Shown here: one piece after another, positions 62,101-64,000 of the stretch
How positions within the stretch are numbered: the stretch's first letter is position 1
Layout of the letters: each line of letters begins with the position of its first letter
Origin: Nemertoderma westbladi
Taxonomy: Eukaryota; Animalia; Xenacoelomorpha
Length of the DNA: 64,000 nucleotides
Direction: 5' to 3'
Assembly (NCBI GenBank): GCA_032718475.1
Contig: JAUCBJ010007253.1
Span: forward strand, 156,974-220,973
The notes under the pieces: generated by a model
Database searches by the model: none
What the model saw: the letters and a program-made list of their open reading frames with translations, nothing else
What the model was told of the DNA's origin: nothing
Program-made: the position numbers and the translations under genes

Positions 62101-64000
62101 GAAAGGTAACACCAGTGTGTTATACCGACGACGGCGAAAGCCAAGCTTCCCAAGGGGAGGATAGCGGGAAAGACACTGAAAGATCTTATTATGTCAATAA
62201 AAAACCTAACAAACAGGGAAGTAAATTTAAGTCTCGATCCAATGACCAGAGAGAACAGGTAAGAAAAACTCCTCCTACGTCTCCCAAGAGAATTCAGGTG
62301 AGAAAGCCCGAAGAAAGAACGAGAGTGCAAAATGTTACCCAAAATAAGGTAAGTAACATCAAACCGAAATGTGCGCTATGCGACGGGACCCACCGTTTGA
62401 ATATGTGTGATGAATTCCTGAGGAAATCATTAACGGAGAGACGAGAAGTCATGTGGGATAAGCGGTTATGTTATAATTGCCTCAGACAAGGACACCAACG
62501 GCGTACCTGTTTCTCTGACATAAGGTGTGCAAAGTGTGGTGCGAAACATCATATCTTGTTGCACGCTGAATTCGAGCGAAATAGTCCGAATCAGGTAAGT
62601 GATTCCGAGCTACATGTCCAATTCAGTGATGTGAACGACACTGATCAATCTGAGATGGAAGGATTCTATACAGACGAGTTCTCCGACGAAAACGAATCCT
62701 GTTACATGATAAATACCGCAGTGTATCGAGCACTCACATATGAAAAAGATACAGACAGCGACCTCACTCTAACTACTTCTGATCGACAACCATCTTGGAA
62801 AGCACCATCTTCCAATGTAGGAATCCGAGAGTTTCCTGTGGTGCAGTTAAGGGTTCACGGACCTAAACGGAGTTATGTAGTGAACGCCCTCCTTGACTCC
62901 GGTAGTACAGGAACATTCATCGATAAAGAGCTAGCCGAAGACATCTTTGCTGGACAACCCAAGTTCCGAACCAAGCTAAACATGTCAGGGATCATGCAAG
63001 TTTGGAAATCTACAGTAACAGCAGATTATTATGTAGGCGCGTTGTCCACCCCCCAGGACGAACTAGGAGAACATAGCATAAGATCAGTGAAAATGGTGGC
63101 TATAAAGAACTTCGCTACTACTCAAGCAGACCTTTATAATTGGGACGAGGATGAGAGCATCCAACATCTAAAGATACCTCGGTTCCAGACTGATTATCCT
63201 GGAGTGCAAATACTCATCAGCCAAAACGCGCATGAGGCGCTCGAGACATTGGAGAAACGGCCTGCTCAACCGCAGCCACTTCAGACCTATGCGGTAAGAA
63301 CTAGAGTAGGTTGGTACCTTACTGGACCTTCCCGTAGAACACTCAGAGAAAGACTACCGCAAGAGCTCGTCTGCCAGGTGAGTGAATGGGAAGATGATAC
63401 TAGTGAGGGAGACGATTTAACTGAGGGAACTCCATACTCTTCAGATAACGACGACGTTCACCAGCTTTTTGATGAGGAGAATACCATCGATCTCCTTAAG
63501 GAAAACGAGGCTTGGCAAAACCAAGTGAACTTATGTCAACTTCTTTATCCATCTGAACGAGAAGCTTATAACGATGAGTTAAATGACGTCATTGAGCGTT
63601 GTAATGCCAAGACTCGAGATGAACATGCCGTACGATTCTTTACGCAAGAGGCAGTAGAGCCCAATTCCTACGATAAAGCATTATCGGTGGAAGAGGAAAG
63701 GGCCAAGCAGATCCAAGAAACCACTACGCGTTTCCTCAAAGATCAAGGTAGGTATGAAGTCGGTCTACCTTTCCGCAAGAGAGAACCAAAGTTCATCAAT
63801 AACAGACCTTTGGCGGAAAAAAGAATCGCGCAACTCCATCGACGCCTTACGGCTAATTCTTCAGCTAAAGCAATGTATCAAACACAGCTGGAAAAATTTA
63901 TTAGTAAGGGATACGCGGAGAGAGTACCGGAAGAAACACCTGTGACTGAAAGAACGTATTACTTAACCCACCATTACATTCCTAAACCCGGTAAACCCCA
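59106..64000 (+). CDS. BEL/Pao Gag-Pol, apparently open to the window edge
   Basis: Starts MSDTKQNL and ends GRYEVGLPFRK...YQTQLEKFISKGYAERV...YYLTHHYIPKPGKP, the typical start of Pao RT. Probably missing from the ORF track because it has no stop in the window. Confidence 0.88.
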   Translation, partial: MSDTKQNLSDSLLDVTICDSDRDVEPSSHKFSSPPTVRKVIPPVVITEPRLVQHRRSIIGTQAQVKRDQEAAEQQQPASQELISQRPDSSSSEDTVELTLERGAKMTDAVYSDPLLILPAAVLTRLLIAVEEHQIDWARSQRSTKDSYAGYTREELKSIVESQWNFPGPGLPFDLSEAAWEDIHRMGVAKETIDPAVWKRSAAGYAQGFFSSIERLKEQLFQQSQGPQEQGLLLYQVRERILRIRLILSAFEEASKRRQDTSLQVAVKTWFQRVSLQVQGTAQWKAQLEERSTHGESTDATFSQVESEVTAEKPHKRDAIDIYLSDYQRFLGDEELRRRLDGLHPNSEGAQRVLDAIDVDRLAANQAKFDEQLRIARDQEEKVKKKRIEDRKAAAVAAAVEAAEAERKAAAAEAAAEAKAAAAVAAAEAKAAVAAAVAAAEAERKAAVAEAAAEAKAAEAVAEAERRAAEETTQLELENIQENQDCINKQLTASNMQMMNRSTPKRQGYTSSEEGDTTDTEGKGNRSRLSRRRRTSHRQKLPDLPPAVRRQLNNTNLGSTEPTDQIIKIERLPTIVDEPEIIRPVLEITPSVIDTPVLPEVTSKFPLHSTKLPVPSRTAHETVQVLDPERNIHDLSPVVPRPPATTLATPASAVEWVDERRRGMDLLLGQMQETVQQFKGTVRESRLELQEVQQSIALKRDKLVNTQKGIPPPSVTMYQPVRSEVSHAQGVEPTRIYTASEVETPIVNPIKGNYRPVDNDIPYRPDHNPRNLYTDNSILNNTMAQESFTRQMARTEARQAVKVGEIVKFNGDEMKWLPFNEYYKDNIQNSVLSNGKKLRFLIECLEGSPKLMALKFIGHPDGLRQVWDTLNIRYGNRNNIAGYLYAKLVAPRKFISSGIIEFSDEIQEICRQLDWLGKSHEYQSAMVIRAVASTLPKGGVGTRWDKKVLYMMEQQQRDPTMTSMPTMTFLDGEVKLQLIKQSREKTSENKVSEKPVSRRKVTPVCYTDDGESQASQGEDSGKDTERSYYVNKKPNKQGSKFKSRSNDQREQVRKTPPTSPKRIQVRKPEERTRVQNVTQNKVSNIKPKCALCDGTHRLNMCDEFLRKSLTERREVMWDKRLCYNCLRQGHQRRTCFSDIRCAKCGAKHHILLHAEFERNSPNQVSDSELHVQFSDVNDTDQSEMEGFYTDEFSDENESCYMINTAVYRALTYEKDTDSDLTLTTSDRQPSWKAPSSNVGIREFPVVQLRVHGPKRSYVVNALLDSGSTGTFIDKELAEDIFAGQPKFRTKLNMSGIMQVWKSTVTADYYVGALSTPQDELGEHSIRSVKMVAIKNFATTQADLYNWDEDESIQHLKIPRFQTDYPGVQILISQNAHEALETLEKRPAQPQPLQTYAVRTRVGWYLTGPSRRTLRERLPQELVCQVSEWEDDTSEGDDLTEGTPYSSDNDDVHQLFDEENTIDLLKENEAWQNQVNLCQLLYPSEREAYNDELNDVIERCNAKTRDEHAVRFFTQEAVEPNSYDKALSVEEERAKQIQETTTRFLKDQGRYEVGLPFRKREPKFINNRPLAEKRIAQLHRRLTANSSAKAMYQTQLEKFISKGYAERVPEETPVTERTYYLTHHYIPKPGKP

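Larger units (their letters stand above)
55741..64000 (+). mobile_element. BEL/Pao copy 2 (diverged relative), truncated by the window edge
   Basis: LTR, leader and ORF are colinear with copy 1. Confidence 0.95.

Overview
Eukaryotic (probably marine invertebrate; inference) genomic DNA with two divergently transcribed, spliced FOXRED2-like flavoprotein paralogues: gene A (minus strand, ATG 19467) and gene B (plus strand, ATG 24354). Both run off the window and their introns are filled with repeats. Bases 1-16.3 kb are a 90-bp satellite amplified from an exon/intron junction of gene A. Three minisatellites built from palindromes follow. A 26-kb intron of gene B holds a nested stack: a piggyBac-like DNA element, containing a tandem three-LTR Ty3/Gypsy, containing an internally deleted BEL/Pao element. 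A second, diverged and apparently intact BEL/Pao copy starts at 55741. Main finding: both BEL/Pao copies lack a tRNA primer-binding site. Instead, the bases abutting the 5' LTR are perfectly complementary to a site inside their own LTR, with compensatory substitutions between the copies. This points to tRNA-independent self-priming, which I know only from Tf1/sushi-group Gypsy elements. All coordinates and comparisons were read by eye; no database searches were run.
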